DNA of 63,371 nt, the filler included, from Octopus bimaculoides (taxonomy: Eukaryota), in the NCBI RefSeq assembly GCF_001194135.2. It is 3 parts of 3 records of this genome, joined end to end, with 100 filler letters (N's around TTAATTAATTAA, not from the genome) between each part and the next. Parts side by side here need not be neighbours in the genome. Positions count along the whole stretch, not along the records: positions 1 to 27,056 come from NC_069008.1; 2 more parts are not named here. One strand, 5' to 3'. Made by a program: the position numbers and the translations under genes. The notes beneath the pieces were generated by a model. The model saw nothing but the letters and a program-made list of their open reading frames with translations. It had not been told where the DNA came from and ran no database searches. The number at the start of each line of letters is the position of its first letter. Position 1 is the first letter of the stretch. Of this stretch, positions 1 through 11,642 are shown piece after piece.

Positions 1-541
1 AAGATCCACTTTGCCTTTCAGTTTTTTGCGTCGAGGAAATTAAAAAAAAAAACAATGCAAATGCCAGAACGGAGGTAAGTGACTATTCTCTCCTAGCAGA
101 ATTTTCGGCTTGTGTCTTTTTTAGAAGTAGTATCACTAGCGAATTGCGAAACTGCGAGACAAGGGAAATAACTTTTATTATAGTACGTAAATGATTGTTT
201 CCCCTGATATGGTCCAGATGTCAAGTTTATGGTGAAGCATCTAGCATGTGACAGTAGAGACCTCCAACATTCTAGACCCCGGGATCATATCCCTGCTTCA
301 TGCTATTGGGGCGGTGATGTCTGAACTCAAGTGCGATCCACAGCATCTTCCTCGCCTTCCTCCGGCGCAACGTCTTTTCCAGCTTGCCTACTGAGGCATG
401 AGAAACATTTCGTAGTATAGAATAGTTATAGAAGTTGTATATCAGGACAGTTATTAATTTTATTTAATTTCTTTTGTCAAATACTCGTTTATTGCTGTTC
501 ACTCGTTTATTACTGTTCTTATTTTTTTAACTCGTATCCAT

Positions 542-586
542 TGTCCGGAAATCTTTCGTCACCCCTATGTGACCTCTTCAGCGACA
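542..586 (-). ncRNA. Candidate minimal type I hammerhead ribozyme
   Basis: Minus strand reads UGUCG-CUGAAGA-G-GUCAC-AUAGGG-GUGAC-GAAA-GAU-UUC-CGGACA: CUGANGA and GAAA core, 5-bp stem II, UUC cleavage triplet, stem I with one bulge. One extra G precedes stem II. Confidence 0.45.
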
Positions 587-953
587 CTTTCCGTGCTTGT
601 GTGTGCTCTTGCTCTGCTTAATTTATTCTAAGATCTAGTTCGCTTGGCTGACGACAAAATATGCAGTCACGCACAAAATTACAGCTTCCAAATCCTGTTT
701 CCTGACTGGATGAAAATGATCAAACTTTAATCGTTTATAACTTTTTAAAAACATTTTTCTGGAAAAAGTTAAATAACTCCAGCAATTCAGTTTGGAAAAG
801 TATATTATTCTGCCAAATTTTTTAATTTCCGATAAATTTTAATTTTTGAAATGCTGGCAGCTAAACCAACTGTTCTGTTCTTCTATGGTACGACATTTTC
901 CGTCCTCGTGTGTACTTCTGCTCCGCTTAGTCTATTCTGTTATGGAAGGAATT

Positions 954-1421
954 GTTGTTGTTGGCACTCCGTCGCTTACGACGTCGAGGGTTCCAGTTGA
1001 TCCGATCAACGGAACAGCCTGCTCGTGAAATTAACGTGCAAGTGGCTGAGCACTCCACAGACACATGTACCCTTAACGTAGTTCTCGGGGATATTCAGTG
1101 TGACAAGGNNNNNNNNNNATTAACGTGCAAGTGGCTGAGCACTCCACAGACACATGTACCCTTAACGTAGTTCTCGGGGATATTCAGTGTGACAAGGCTG
1201 GACCCCTTTGAATTACAGGTACAACAGAAACAGGAAGTAAGAGTGAGAGAAGGTTGTGGTGAAAGTGTACAGCAGAGTTCGCCATCATCCCCTGCCTGAG
1301 CCTCGTGGAGCTTTTGGTGTTTTCGCTCAATAAACACTCACAACGCCTTGTCTGGGAATCGAAACCGCGACCCTATGACTGCGAGTCCGCTGCCCTAACC
1401 ACTGGGCCATTGCGCCTCCAC
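954..1421 (-). mobile_element. Full-length tRNA-derived SINE (family C) with 11-bp target-site duplication
   Basis: Minus-strand head with A-box TGGCCCAGTGG and B-box GGTTTCGATTCC; (CAA)n tail; TGGAAGGAATT direct repeats at 943-953 and 1422-1432. Contains a 10-N gap with duplicated edges. Confidence 0.85.
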
Positions 1422-2049
1422 TGGAAGGAATTATACAAATGAGAAATCTGCTTTATTCAATTTCATCTTAAGAAAATTTTTAAAAATACAAAAAAACATT
1501 TGTTGTGATTACCTCCCCTGACACAATTAACTTTATCTTTTTATCTTTCTCTTTTGGCTGTTAATTTTGCACGTGAACAATCGTTAAGCAAAGCCAAACG
1601 CATTAACATCAGTAACTCCACCAAAAAATGCTGTTCACCAACCAAATAACTGCTGATTATCCGGTTTTGACATTTTTGACTCAGTGTTTATATATATACA
1701 CATACAATTAAAGTGGGAAAATTATCAGAAAAATCATTTCTACTCATTTATATATATATATTTCTATATATATATATATATATAAACACCACCAAATTGT
1801 ATTCATAAATTTAGATTACTGTTTTTTTTACTGTACTGTATTAAAAAATAAAAATTACTTGTTTGTAAGCTTAAAATAGATTTTTTATTATCCATATGTT
1901 ATTGAAAATGCATTCATAAAGTACAAACTGGGAATGGTTATTATTGGTTTAGCCTAGAGACAAGTAAATTCAGCCTAGTCTAGCCTAGAGACAAATTTTC
2001 GGTCGTGTCTCCTGGAACCAATTAACGACGTAGGGTGAGGTATGCTAGT

Positions 2050-2241
2050 GACCGGCCCTCGTGCCGGAGCACGTAAAAGGCACCCACTACACTCTCGGAG
2101 TGGTTGGCGTTAGGAAGGGCATCCAGTTGTAGAAACTCTGCCAGATCAGATTGGAGTCTGGTGTAGCCATCTGGTTTACCAGTCACCAGTCAAATCGTCC
2201 AACCCATGCTAGCATGGAAAGCGGACGTTAAATGATGATGA

Positions 2242-2244
<3 letters not shown>
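2050..2244 (+). mobile_element. SINE / RTE-type 3' tail fragment
   Basis: GAGTGGTTGGCGTTAGGAAGGGCATCCAG...CGTTAAATGATGATG; related copies at about 10630-10988, 19740-19860, 20080-20230, 57770-58070 and 61140-61460. Confidence 0.6.
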
Positions 2245-2282
<38 letters not shown>

Positions 2283-2555
2283 AAAGGATTCGAGGAAACC
2301 AGGTAATTAAATCGTGAAAACACCAAGTGAGAGTGCGTGGTGGCGCAACTGTATACATACAATAGACAACGGCATATACGTAAGACACAAAAGTAAACAC
2401 AAATTTGTTCCTCCAGTTATGCATACATTCACAAGAAAATGGCGTGGTAAATGATTCACAAGTACTCGAGCAAATTGCGTCCTGAACTTGTTCCATTTGA
2501 CAAAAGGTTTGCTAGGCACCAACATGAAACACGTGCGTGTCCGTAGAACATGTTA

Positions 2556-2582
2556 TGTTGGGGACTTTAATATACGTCACCG
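2556..2582 (+). promoter_or_regulatory. Conserved upstream (putative core promoter) block of ZNF-A
   Basis: TGTTGGGGA-N-TTT-N-ATATA-N-GTCACCG is found at the same position upstream of all four ZNF genes (also 7521-7548, 16022-16049 minus, 25294-25321). Confidence 0.55.
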
Positions 2583-2810
2583 GTGTTGTTAAAAAAAATT
2601 GTCACCGACTCTGTGCGTGATTCTAATGCATTCATCTAAATCTAATTATATTATTTGTAGTAATTATCTCGTGTCAAGGTGAACGTAGATTTTTGTGGAT
2701 AAGACAGGGCTACAAACAAGTTTGAGGGTCAGTGTTCCTTCACCTTTATCATTAAATATTTCATTTGATCACAGCTTTACATCGTTAATTGGTTGTTCCC
2801 TATTTTACAG

Positions 2811-2908
2811 GACAGGGGAAATGGCTTTTAATCAACAACGAATCAATCAATGAACTTTCCTCGCCCTTCTTCATTTTTCATTTGGACTTTATATCAAACA
2901 TTCTACTG
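2811..2908 (+). promoter_or_regulatory. 5' UTR exon of ZNF-A containing uORF MAFNQQRINQ* (2821-2853)
   Basis: Acceptor TTTTACAG at 2810, donor GTGAGT at 2909, next acceptor TTTTCAAG at 3028 (18 nt before the ATG); same structure in all four paralogues. Confidence 0.7.
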
Positions 2909-3046
2909 GTGAGTAGAAAATATATCTGCATTGCATCTCTTCCACACATGTAAGCGGTGTTTAGTAATATCTAAGACAAGAAACTGAACCATAATAGATT
3001 ATGTTACAGACGTTTGACAGTTTTCAAGAATTGCTCGAGAATTAAT

Positions 3047-4386
3047 ATGGAGAACGTTGATCACTTGGACACTTGTAACACAATTGTTTTTCACAATATA
3101 GATACTGTCAGAGATGAGAAAGCCGGAAAGAAGAACGTTCTTGAATATCGTTGCGAGATTTGTAGGAAGACATTCCCTTCAGAGCATGAAGTCTTTAAAC
3201 ACAAAGAAATACACAAGAAGCAAAAACGGTTTCATTGTGAAATATGTGGGAAATCGTTTCATAGAAATTGTCATCTTGTGGTACACAAACGTAATCATAC
3301 TGGAGAGAAACCATTCCATTGTGAAATATGCGAAAAAGTTTTTGTTTCTAAGGACACCCTAACAACACACAAAGGAGTACACAGTGAAGAGAAAAGGTTT
3401 CACTGTGAAATATGTGGGAAATCGTTTCACAGAAATTCTCTTCTTGTGAGTCACAAACTAAGTCATACTGGAGAAAAACCTTTCACCTGCGAAATATGTG
3501 GGAAATGTTTTAGTAAGAATTCTCGTGTTGTAGTTCACAAAAGAATCCACACGGGAGAAAAACCATACCAATGCGAAATATGTGGGAAATCTTTTGCTGA
3601 CACTGCTTATCTTGCAGTTCACAGACGTAGTCACACTGGGGAGAAACCATTCCTGTGTGAAACATGTGGCAAGTCTTTTGTTNNNNNNNNNNACACAAAA
3701 GAATACACGCTGGAGAAAAAACATTCCAGTGTAAAATATGTGGGAAGCTGTTTGCTCATAAACAGGGTTTGAAGTCACACAACAGACTACACACTGGGCA
3801 GAAAACTTTCCACTGTGAAATATGTGGGAAATCTTTTTATGATAATGCTCATCTTGTGGTTCACAGACGTTATCATACAGGTGAAAGACCATTCAACTGT
3901 GAAATATGTAAGAAATCTTTTGTCACAAAAAGAGATTTAACATCACACATTAAAATACACAGGGGAGAAAAACCATTCCAATGTGAAATTTGTGAGAAAT
4001 ATTTTGTTACTAGTTATGTCCTAAAAAGACATAAAAGAATACATACCGGAGAGAAACCTTACCATTGTGAAATATGTGAGAAACCATTTTGCAGCAGAGG
4101 TTCATTAGCACAACACAGAACAGTACACACTGGGGAAAAACCTTTCCATTGTGAAATATGTGGGAAATGTTTTGCTTCTAAAGGCGTTTTAAAGAGACAT
4201 ATCAGAACACACACAGGAGAGAAACCGTTCCACTGTGAAATATGCGGATCATCTTTCTCTCAGAATTCTTGCCTAATTGAGCACAAGCGTCGCCACACAG
4301 GAGGAAAACCATTCCAATGTGAAATTTGTGAGAAATCTTTTGTGTCTTCTCATAAATTGAAGAATCACCAAAACATTCACTGTTGA
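3047..4386 (+). CDS. C2H2 zinc-finger protein ZNF-A, at least 15 fingers, single coding exon
   Basis: Tandem CxxC-x12-HxxxH units with TGEKPF linkers in ORFs 3014-3772 and 3664-4386. The frame change falls at the 10-N gap (3683-3692); finger geometry needs about 20 nt there, so the shift is probably artefactual. Start MENVDH matches the paralogues. Confidence 0.9.
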
Positions 4387-5003
4387 AGGAAAGTTTTGGA
4401 CTGTGAAATCGTTTTCAAAGTTCTGATCTAGTAATCTGTAAATATTATTAGGAGAAAGATCTGTTTACTGTTTAGTTTTAGTCAGAGACACAATTTTATG
4501 AATCATGGAAAGAAAAATACTGGTATCACACCTACATCAGCATTTATTTGTCCATCTTTGCATGCTAGAATGGGTGAGACAGGTTGTGGATGGCCAGATG
4601 CCACTTTTTGCAATGATTGATCATATTTTCATGGAAGGGTAGAAACGAAGGACACATTTTGTATACTGGTGACAACTACAATGCTATGTCAAGTCAAACA
4701 GACACGTATTCGCGATGAGCTTCCTTCAGTTTCTATCTGTCACATCTACTCACAAAGACTCACTGTTGTGGGCTTATGAAATTACTAGCATACCTGAGCC
4801 GTCAATGACAGGTATCATTGAAATATGTACATGATTAAAGATGCTAATGTGTGTATGAGGATTTAAATGAAAATGCCAAAATAACAAAACAAAAAGTAAA
4901 TATTTTTATTACTCCCCAAATATAAAATATTGTTTACTTTTAATATTTTCAATATTTTGTTGTCAATGATTCACTCATTATTCTACATTTTGTTATTTTC
5001 TAC

Positions 5004-5009
5004 AATAAA
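5004..5009 (+). terminator. Putative polyadenylation signal of ZNF-A
   Basis: AATAAA in a CTACAATAAAT context shared with ZNF-C (14001-14006 minus) and the pseudogene (19353-19358 minus). Confidence 0.55.
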
Positions 5010-5512
5010 TACTTCTTAATATTTCATAAATGTTGTAGATGTTGTTTGTATTGAAATTCACCAAATTAATAGGTATGTTTGCACATGGGTACCCAGCCAG
5101 TATCTGATTGGTATAGGTTCAACTCCCATAGCCTCCTGCTGCCAACCCTTTTCCATCTTATAAGGGTAAATACCCAATTTTCTGCTGTTTTCACAGCTTT
5201 ACTGCTTTTGAAATTTACTTTCTGGTCTGTAAAATACCAATCATATTCGATGCTTCTAAAGTTTGTTTCTAAAAACGTTACATATATTTTCTAAAGCTTC
5301 TCAAGGAACAACAGGTTTAGTTGATGTAAAAGCTGGGCATTTACAACATATTCAACATGTTCCATTCGAAAGCTCCAAATATTTGTGATAAATGTTATTA
5401 TTTATATTAATTGCAGAAGTTCCTGAAGAATAATATTTCTTGTATATATATACATACATTACCTTATTATTTTTCTTACATATATATATATATATACATA
5501 TACATATAGATA

Positions 5513-5547
<35 letters not shown>

Positions 5548-6184
5548 ATGATGATGATATANNNNNNNNNNNNNNNNNNNNNNNNNNNNNNNNNNNNNNN
5601 NNNNNNNNNNNNNNNNNNNNNNNNNNNNNNNNNNNNNNNNNNNNNNNNNNNNNNNNNNNNNNNNNNNNNNNNNNNNNNNNNNNNNNNNNNNNNNNNNNNN
5701 NNNNNNNNNNNNNNNNNNNNNNNNNNNNNNNNNNNNNNNNNNNNNNNNNNNNNNNNNNNNNNNNNNNNNNNNNNNNNNNNNNNNNNNNNNNNNNNNNNNN
5801 NNNNNNNNNNNNNNNNNNNNNNNNNNNNNNNNNNNNNNNNNNNNNNNNNNNNNNNNNNNNNNNNNNNNNNNNNNNNNNNNNNNNNNNNNNNNNNNNNNNN
5901 NNNNNNNNNNNNNNNNNNNNNNNNNNNNNNNNNNNNNNNNNNNNNNNNNNNNNNNNNNNNNNNNNNNNNNNNNNNNNNNNNNNNNNNNNNNNNNNNNNNN
6001 NNNNNNNNNNNNNNNNNNNNNNNNNNNNNNNNNNNNNNNNNNNNNNNNNNNNNNNNNNNNNNNNNNNNNNNNNNNNNNNNNNNNNNNNNNNNNNNNNNNN
6101 NNNNNNNNNNNNNNNNNNNNNNNNNNNNNNNNNNNNNNNNNNNNNNNNNNNNNNNNNNNNNNNNNNNNNNNNNNNNNNNNNNNN

Positions 6185-6223
<39 letters not shown>

Positions 6224-6758
6224 CACACACGTATGTATATATATACATATACGTATATACGCACTCACACACATAAAAGCATATCTACAGATGTGTAACC
6301 CACGCGACTTATTTGCCTCATAACTTCCACAAAAATGGATAGATTGTAACGAAATTTTCAGCAAATACCCGTTACATGCTGTAGATTTAGGGTATATAAG
6401 TATCTGTTGCAAAGAGTTTTCCCGAGTGGTTGGGGAAAAGAGTTTCTAAACTTTCAGGAAAATGAGTATCGTTTAATGAAAGTTTATGCAAATACCTTTG
6501 AAACGGCATAGATTACAATTACAATGAAATTTGTCGGGAAAATCTTTTCCGAGTAAGAGAGATGTTACCAAAATAGATTTTCTTATAAATCCCTATATAC
6601 ACTGAATCTACAGCACCTAAGCTGTATTTGATGAAAATTTCGTTAAGAAGTATTTATTTTTCTGGAAGTTATGAGGCAACAAATTCTGTCTATGTGTGCC
6701 TGGGGGTACACATGTTATGTCCACGAAAATTCGTAACCATGGTACTTACACATGCATA

Positions 6759-7126
6759 CTCTTTTACTTGTTTCAGTCATTTGACTGCGGCTATGCTGGA
6801 GCACCGCCTTTTAGTCGAGCAAATCGACCCCAGGACTTATTCTTTGTAAGCCTAGTACTTATTCTATCGGTCTGTTTGCCGAACCGCTAAGTTACGGGAA
6901 CGTAAACACACCAGCATCGGTTGTCAAGCGATGTTGGGGGGACAAACACAAACACACACATATATACGACAGGCTTCTTTCAGTTTCCGTCTACCAAATC
7001 CAATCACAAGGCTTTGGTCGGCCCGAGGCTATAGTAGAAGACACTTGCCCAAGGTGCCACGCAGTGGGAATGAACCCGGAACCATGTGGTTGGTAAGCAA
7101 GCTACTTACCACACAGCCACTCTTAC
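6759..7126 (-). mobile_element. tRNA-derived SINE (family A), near full length
   Basis: Minus-strand head GAGTGGCTGTGTGGTAAG...GGGTTCA, then CACCTTGGGCAAGTG, a central (CA/TA) tract and an AAAAGAG tail; near-identical copies elsewhere in the window. Confidence 0.85.
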
Positions 7127-7520
7127 ATACACAAAACATAAATATAAGCGATTCATCTGGAAAAAAAAAATGAAAGAAATAAAGACGAACGAAAATTGCC
7201 GAACAAATGTTTTCATTATCTGTCTACCTTCAACGAAAGATATTCAAAAGTATTTCTTTTGAATGGAAAGAGGAGGCTAGGAATTCACAGCGAAAAATAA
7301 ACCAAAACAACGTAATTGGAAAAGCTGTATAATTAGGACTGCACTGCGGAATATCACATTCCGGTTAAAACAGACTGGTGTGATTTGAAGAAGACTTGAC
7401 TGTTATTTCTACAAGACTGAAAGACCACGTAGAGACCCACTCTGGCGGATATGGAGATTGTTTTGTGATATTGGGTACAATCACAAACGTAAATTAATTG
7501 AAGCTGTTTCTGTTGTATTA

Positions 7521-7548
7521 TGTTGGGGACATTTAATATAAGTCACCG
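7521..7548 (+). promoter_or_regulatory. Conserved upstream block of ZNF-B
   Basis: TGTTGGGGACATTTAATATAAGTCACCG, paralogous to 2556-2582. Confidence 0.55.
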
Positions 7549-7757
7549 GTATCATTTAAACGCGGGAAACATTATCATTGGCACCGTCTACTGCGCATGT
7601 TTCTCATTTGGTTGAGTTGAATCTAATTACATTATTTTGTTTTTGTTTGTGGATAAGACAGACTGACACACACGATCGCTGTTCCTTCATCTTCTAGATT
7701 AGATATCTTATTCGATCACAGCTTTATATCGTTAATTGGTTGTTCCCCATTTTACAG

Positions 7758-7834
7758 GGGAAATGGCTTTTAATCAGTCAATGAAAATTCATTGATTCAC
7801 TTTTCAGTTGCTCTTTAAATCAAACGTTCTACTG
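7758..7834 (+). promoter_or_regulatory. 5' UTR exon of ZNF-B containing uORF MAFNQSMKIH* (7763-7795)
   Basis: Acceptor TTTTACAG at 7757, donor GTAAGT at 7835, next acceptor CTTTAAG at 7946 (18 nt before the ATG at 7965). Confidence 0.7.
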
Positions 7835-7964
7835 GTAAGTAGAAAGTATATCTACGTTACATATTTTCCACACAAGTAAATGGAGTCTGTGATATCTGAG
7901 ACAAGAAACAGCTATAATAGAATAACTCCAAGACATATACTTTAAGAATCGCTCGAGAATTAAC

Positions 7965-9341
7965 ATGGCGAACGTTAATCACTTGGACATTTCTAACACG
8001 ATTGTTTTGAGCGATTCAGATACAGTTATAGAGACAGACGGGGATGAGAAAGCTGGAGAGAAAAATGTTCCTGAACATGGCAGTATGGTTTGTTGGGAGT
8101 CATCCTCTTCAGAAGATGAAGTCGTTATAGAAAAAGAAACACCCTGTAAGAAAAGACGGTTTCATTGTGAAATTTGTGGAAAATCAGTGAATGCTAAATC
8201 TTATCTTGTGGTTCACAAACGTTTTCATACAGGAGAAAGACCATTCCATTGCGAAATTTGTGGGAATTCTTTTTTCTCAAAGAGAGATTTAACAAGACAC
8301 AAAACGATACACACTGGTGAAAAACCTTTCCCCTGTGATGTATGTAGAAAGTCATTCTCTCACAGGGACTATCTTGCTGCTCACAAACGTTGTCACACAG
8401 GAGAAAAGCCATTCCAATGTGAAACGTGTGGGAAATCTTTTGTTACGAAAAGAGATTTAACAAGCCACAAAAGAAAACACACGGGGGAAAGACCTTTCAG
8501 TTGTGACATATGTGGGCGATCATTTATTGCTAAAGCGTATGTTGCAGTTCACAAACGTAGTCACACTGGAGAAAGACCTTTCCAGTGTGAAATGTGTGAG
8601 AAATCTTTTGAGTCAGAATGGGATTTAACAAGACACGTAAGAGGTCACACAGGAGAGAAACCATTCCAGTGTGAAGTATGTGAGAAATCCTTTGTTTCTC
8701 GTAGCACTCTAACAACGCACAAAAGAATTCATACAGGGGAGAAACCATTCCATTGTGAAACATGTAAGAAATGTTTTACTTCTAGTGGCACCCTAGCACA
8801 ACACAGGAAAATACACACAGGGGAAAAACTTTTCCATTGTGAAATATGTGGGAAATATTTTGCCCATAAAGCTGATTTGAAGAGACACAAAAGAACACAT
8901 ACAGGAGAAAAACCTTTCAAATGTCAAATCTGCGAGAAGTCTTTCTCTGATAATTCTAGTTTTGCACGTCACAAAAGAATACACACTGGAATAAAACAGA
9001 ATAATTGTGAAACATGTGGGAAATCATTTCTTAATAGATCTCATCTTGTTGCTCACTATCGTATTCACACAGGAGAACGACCATTCCAGTGTGAAACATG
9101 TGGGAAAGCCTTTGGTACTCGTACTGATGTAAAAATACACAAAAGAATACACACTGGAGAGAGACCTTACCATTGTGAAATATGTGGGAAATCTTTCGTT
9201 CAGAATTCTACACTCTATGTCCACAAACGTCGCCATGCAGGAGAAAAACCATTCCATTGTGAAATATGTGAGAAATCTTTTGTGTTTTGCGGTGAATTAG
9301 GGAATCACAAAAGGATTCACCATGGAGAACCTTCCCACTGA
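7965..9341 (+). CDS. C2H2 zinc-finger protein ZNF-B, 14 fingers plus a degenerate N-terminal finger, 458 aa
   Basis: Intact gap-free ORF with 14 canonical C2H2 units and TGEKPF/TGERPF linkers; short acidic N-terminus homologous to the paralogues. Confidence 0.95.
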   Translation: MANVNHLDISNTIVLSDSDTVIETDGDEKAGEKNVPEHGSMVCWESSSSEDEVVIEKETPCKKRRFHCEICGKSVNAKSYLVVHKRFHTGERPFHCEICGNSFFSKRDLTRHKTIHTGEKPFPCDVCRKSFSHRDYLAAHKRCHTGEKPFQCETCGKSFVTKRDLTSHKRKHTGERPFSCDICGRSFIAKAYVAVHKRSHTGERPFQCEMCEKSFESEWDLTRHVRGHTGEKPFQCEVCEKSFVSRSTLTTHKRIHTGEKPFHCETCKKCFTSSGTLAQHRKIHTGEKLFHCEICGKYFAHKADLKRHKRTHTGEKPFKCQICEKSFSDNSSFARHKRIHTGIKQNNCETCGKSFLNRSHLVAHYRIHTGERPFQCETCGKAFGTRTDVKIHKRIHTGERPYHCEICGKSFVQNSTLYVHKRRHAGEKPFHCEICEKSFVFCGELGNHKRIHHGEPSH

Positions 9342-9433
9342 AAGATAATAAATCCCTTTCTTTGGAGAACATTTTATGACGATGAAATTGTTAGAAACCA
9401 TTCTAGTCTTGTAATCCACAAATACCACCTGTT

Positions 9434-9736
9434 TATAGGGCTTTCCTATAAGTAGGTTATCTCCCTTGGCTAGGCGGCGCTCTATGTAGACAAACTTCCG
9501 CAGACTATCCACGCTATTGTTATTGTTTCGATGATTCAGCTATCGAAGTATTTACTGTGCCTAAGTTAAAGAAATATTTAAGATTATATGGACAGTATGT
9601 TACTGGAAGAAAGGCGGACTTGACTGAAAGGTATAAAAATTCTGCGGAAGTTAAAGCAAGTCACTGAGCATGCGTACATGTCATACGGGAGAGTTCCAAT
9701 CAGGGTTGGATAACAACCTTATAGGAACCCCCTATA
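9434..9736. mobile_element. Small TIR element carrying a SAP-domain coding remnant, inserted in the ZNF-B 3' UTR
   Basis: Imperfect TIRs TATAGGGCTTTCCTATAAG...GTTATC / GATAAC...CTTATAGGAACCCCCTATA; the plus frame 9545-9667 encodes EVFTVPKLKKYLRLYGQYVTGRKADLTERYK; absent from the homologous UTR of ZNF-A and the pseudogene. Confidence 0.6.
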
Positions 9737-11204
9737 CAGAGACCCCATTTCATGAAGCACAATGAGAAAAATACAGGTGTCAGACCTTCATCAGCATTTT
9801 TATGTCCACCTACCTTTGAGTGGGTCAAATGGAATATGGTGAAGCAGAGACTATGGCTAGATGCTGCTCTTTCCAAGTAATATTCCCCTTTGACTAGTCA
9901 TGTTTTTATGCTTGTATACCAGTGATACTTGCTTCATGCAATGTCAAGCTATGGAAACAGATACGTTTATATATTTGATGGGCTTCGATCAGTTTTTGTC
10001 TATCAAATCCACTCCTTTGGATGGACTTTACTAATTATCGTAAACATGACAGATTGTTGTCATATTTATTATAAACAAAGGCACAAAATTTTTCTCAGTA
10101 TTCAATATTTAGAGAGATTTTTCTATAGAGGATATCTATTACTGATACAGGATAGAAAAGCATCTAAATTGTGGTGTTACTGTTGAAATATTAAATCTAT
10201 GCTAAGACGGGCATTCATTTAAGTGGGACCTCTTCACCTTACCTGGTCTTTCACTTTTTTTTTAACTATATGAAATTCAAAGTCTTTATTGAAATGAAAA
10301 AAAAAAAAATTAAGTTGCTAAAACTGTTTGGAGAGCATAAAAAGCAAACTTATTAATGAAATCATAAACAAACAAGAACATTCAATCTAAAAAGCAAAGT
10401 TTTCATTTCTTTGTAATACTAATGATCCAGCAAAATAAGAAATTTATGAAAAAGTTGTCTTTCAAATTTGTGATAAAATATTTTTTGTCAATTTAAATAT
10501 TTTGTTAAAAATCTTGTGAATTTTGAAATTAAAATGTTTGAATTAAAATATTTGTTGGTTTATATATTTTTTTCAGATTTGATTGACCACAAAAAAATTT
10601 TATTGGGTGATATGCTGTGATTGAGAAGAGCTGTTGAACCAAGTGGGGCCAATGCCAGTGCCATCTGAGTGGCACATCTGCTGGTGACATGCAAAAAGCA
10701 TTGCACAGGCATTGGGCCTCATGGAGGCAGTGACCAAGACCCTTGGTGATATACTGTGCTTGTGGTGACCAGTCAAGCCAAGTGAGATCGTAGTCGTGGC
10801 TGATACCAGTGTCAGGTTAATGGCATGTTAAAAACACCTACTCCACTCTTGGAGTGGTTGGCGTTAGGAAAGGCATCCAGCTGTAGAAACCTTGTGAAAT
10901 CAGATTGGAACCTGGCACAGCCTCCCAGTTTTCAGTCAAACTGTCCAACCCATGCCAGCATGGAAAGTGGACATTAAATGATGATGATACCACCATTGCA
11001 CTGGTTAATGTCTTCCAATCACTGAAAGAGATGAAATATACTCCCTGCTCTTCCCACTTCCCTTTCAATCCAGATTGGTGGGTGCATACCCTCCAATCTA
11101 TTTTTTCAACTCGAAACATTAAAAACGAATTTGTTGATATTCTAGGACAGTCCTCATCCAAGCACAGTTGCAAATAAAGACATTCTAGTCATGACCATCT
11201 AGAC

Positions 11205-11300
11205 CAGTGGTTCTCAACCTTTTTTAACTTCGGGCCCACTTTTTATGATCAAAAAATCCCAGGCCCACTGGCCTCTAAACCAGTTATCTGACCCTCTTCC
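11205..11300 (+). mobile_element. hAT (Charlie-like) MITE end fragment
   Basis: CAGTGGTTCTCAACC terminus preceded by TCTAGAC, the typical target of Charlie-type hAT elements; other end not found. Confidence 0.4.
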
Positions 11301-11415
11301 AGAACATAAAAGCCCCATAAAAGAAGTAATTGTTTCCATGTGCCAGATTCATGTGCGGGTACAATCACAGTCAGTAAATAAATACCACATCAGTGTTATA
11401 ATATCTTGTTTATGA

Positions 11416-11625
11416 GGCGGTGAGCTGGGAGAGTTGTTAGCATGCCTGGTGAAATGCTTAGCATTCTGATTTTACGTTCAGGGTTCAAATTCCGCCGAGG
11501 TTGACTTTGCCTTTCATCCTTTCAGGGTTGATAAATTAAGTACCAGTTGCGTCCTGGGGTCGATCTGATCAACTGGCCCCCTCCCCCATAATTTTGGGCC
11601 TTGTGCCAAGAGTAGAAAAGAATGT
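11416..11625 (+). mobile_element. tRNA-derived SINE (family B)
   Basis: GGCGGTGAGCTGG...GGGTTCAAATTCCGCCGAGG...CTTTCATCCTTTCAGGGTTGATAAATTAAGTACCAG...GTAGAAAAG; this is the most abundant repeat in the window. Confidence 0.85.
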
Positions 11626-11642
11626 CTTCTTGTTTATGGAAC

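Noticed and set aside
1031-1196. Apparent ~78-bp tandem duplication inside the SINE
   Set aside because: The copies sit either side of a 10-N gap; typical unmerged overlapping contig ends.
1340-1421. tRNA-like sequences with A and B boxes (also the SINE A and B heads)
   Set aside because: They continue into SINE bodies with tails and a TSD, and lack a complete cloverleaf; not tRNA genes.
3664-3772. Apparent frameshift splitting ZNF-A into two ORFs (pseudogene or programmed frameshift)
   Set aside because: The frame change is at the 10-N placeholder; about 20 missing nt would restore a normal finger.
5352-6412. Long ORFs spanning N runs (also at 13.1-13.7, 21, 40.8, 57, 58.5 and 62.6 kb)
   Set aside because: Artefacts of translating N and (TA)n/(CA)n.
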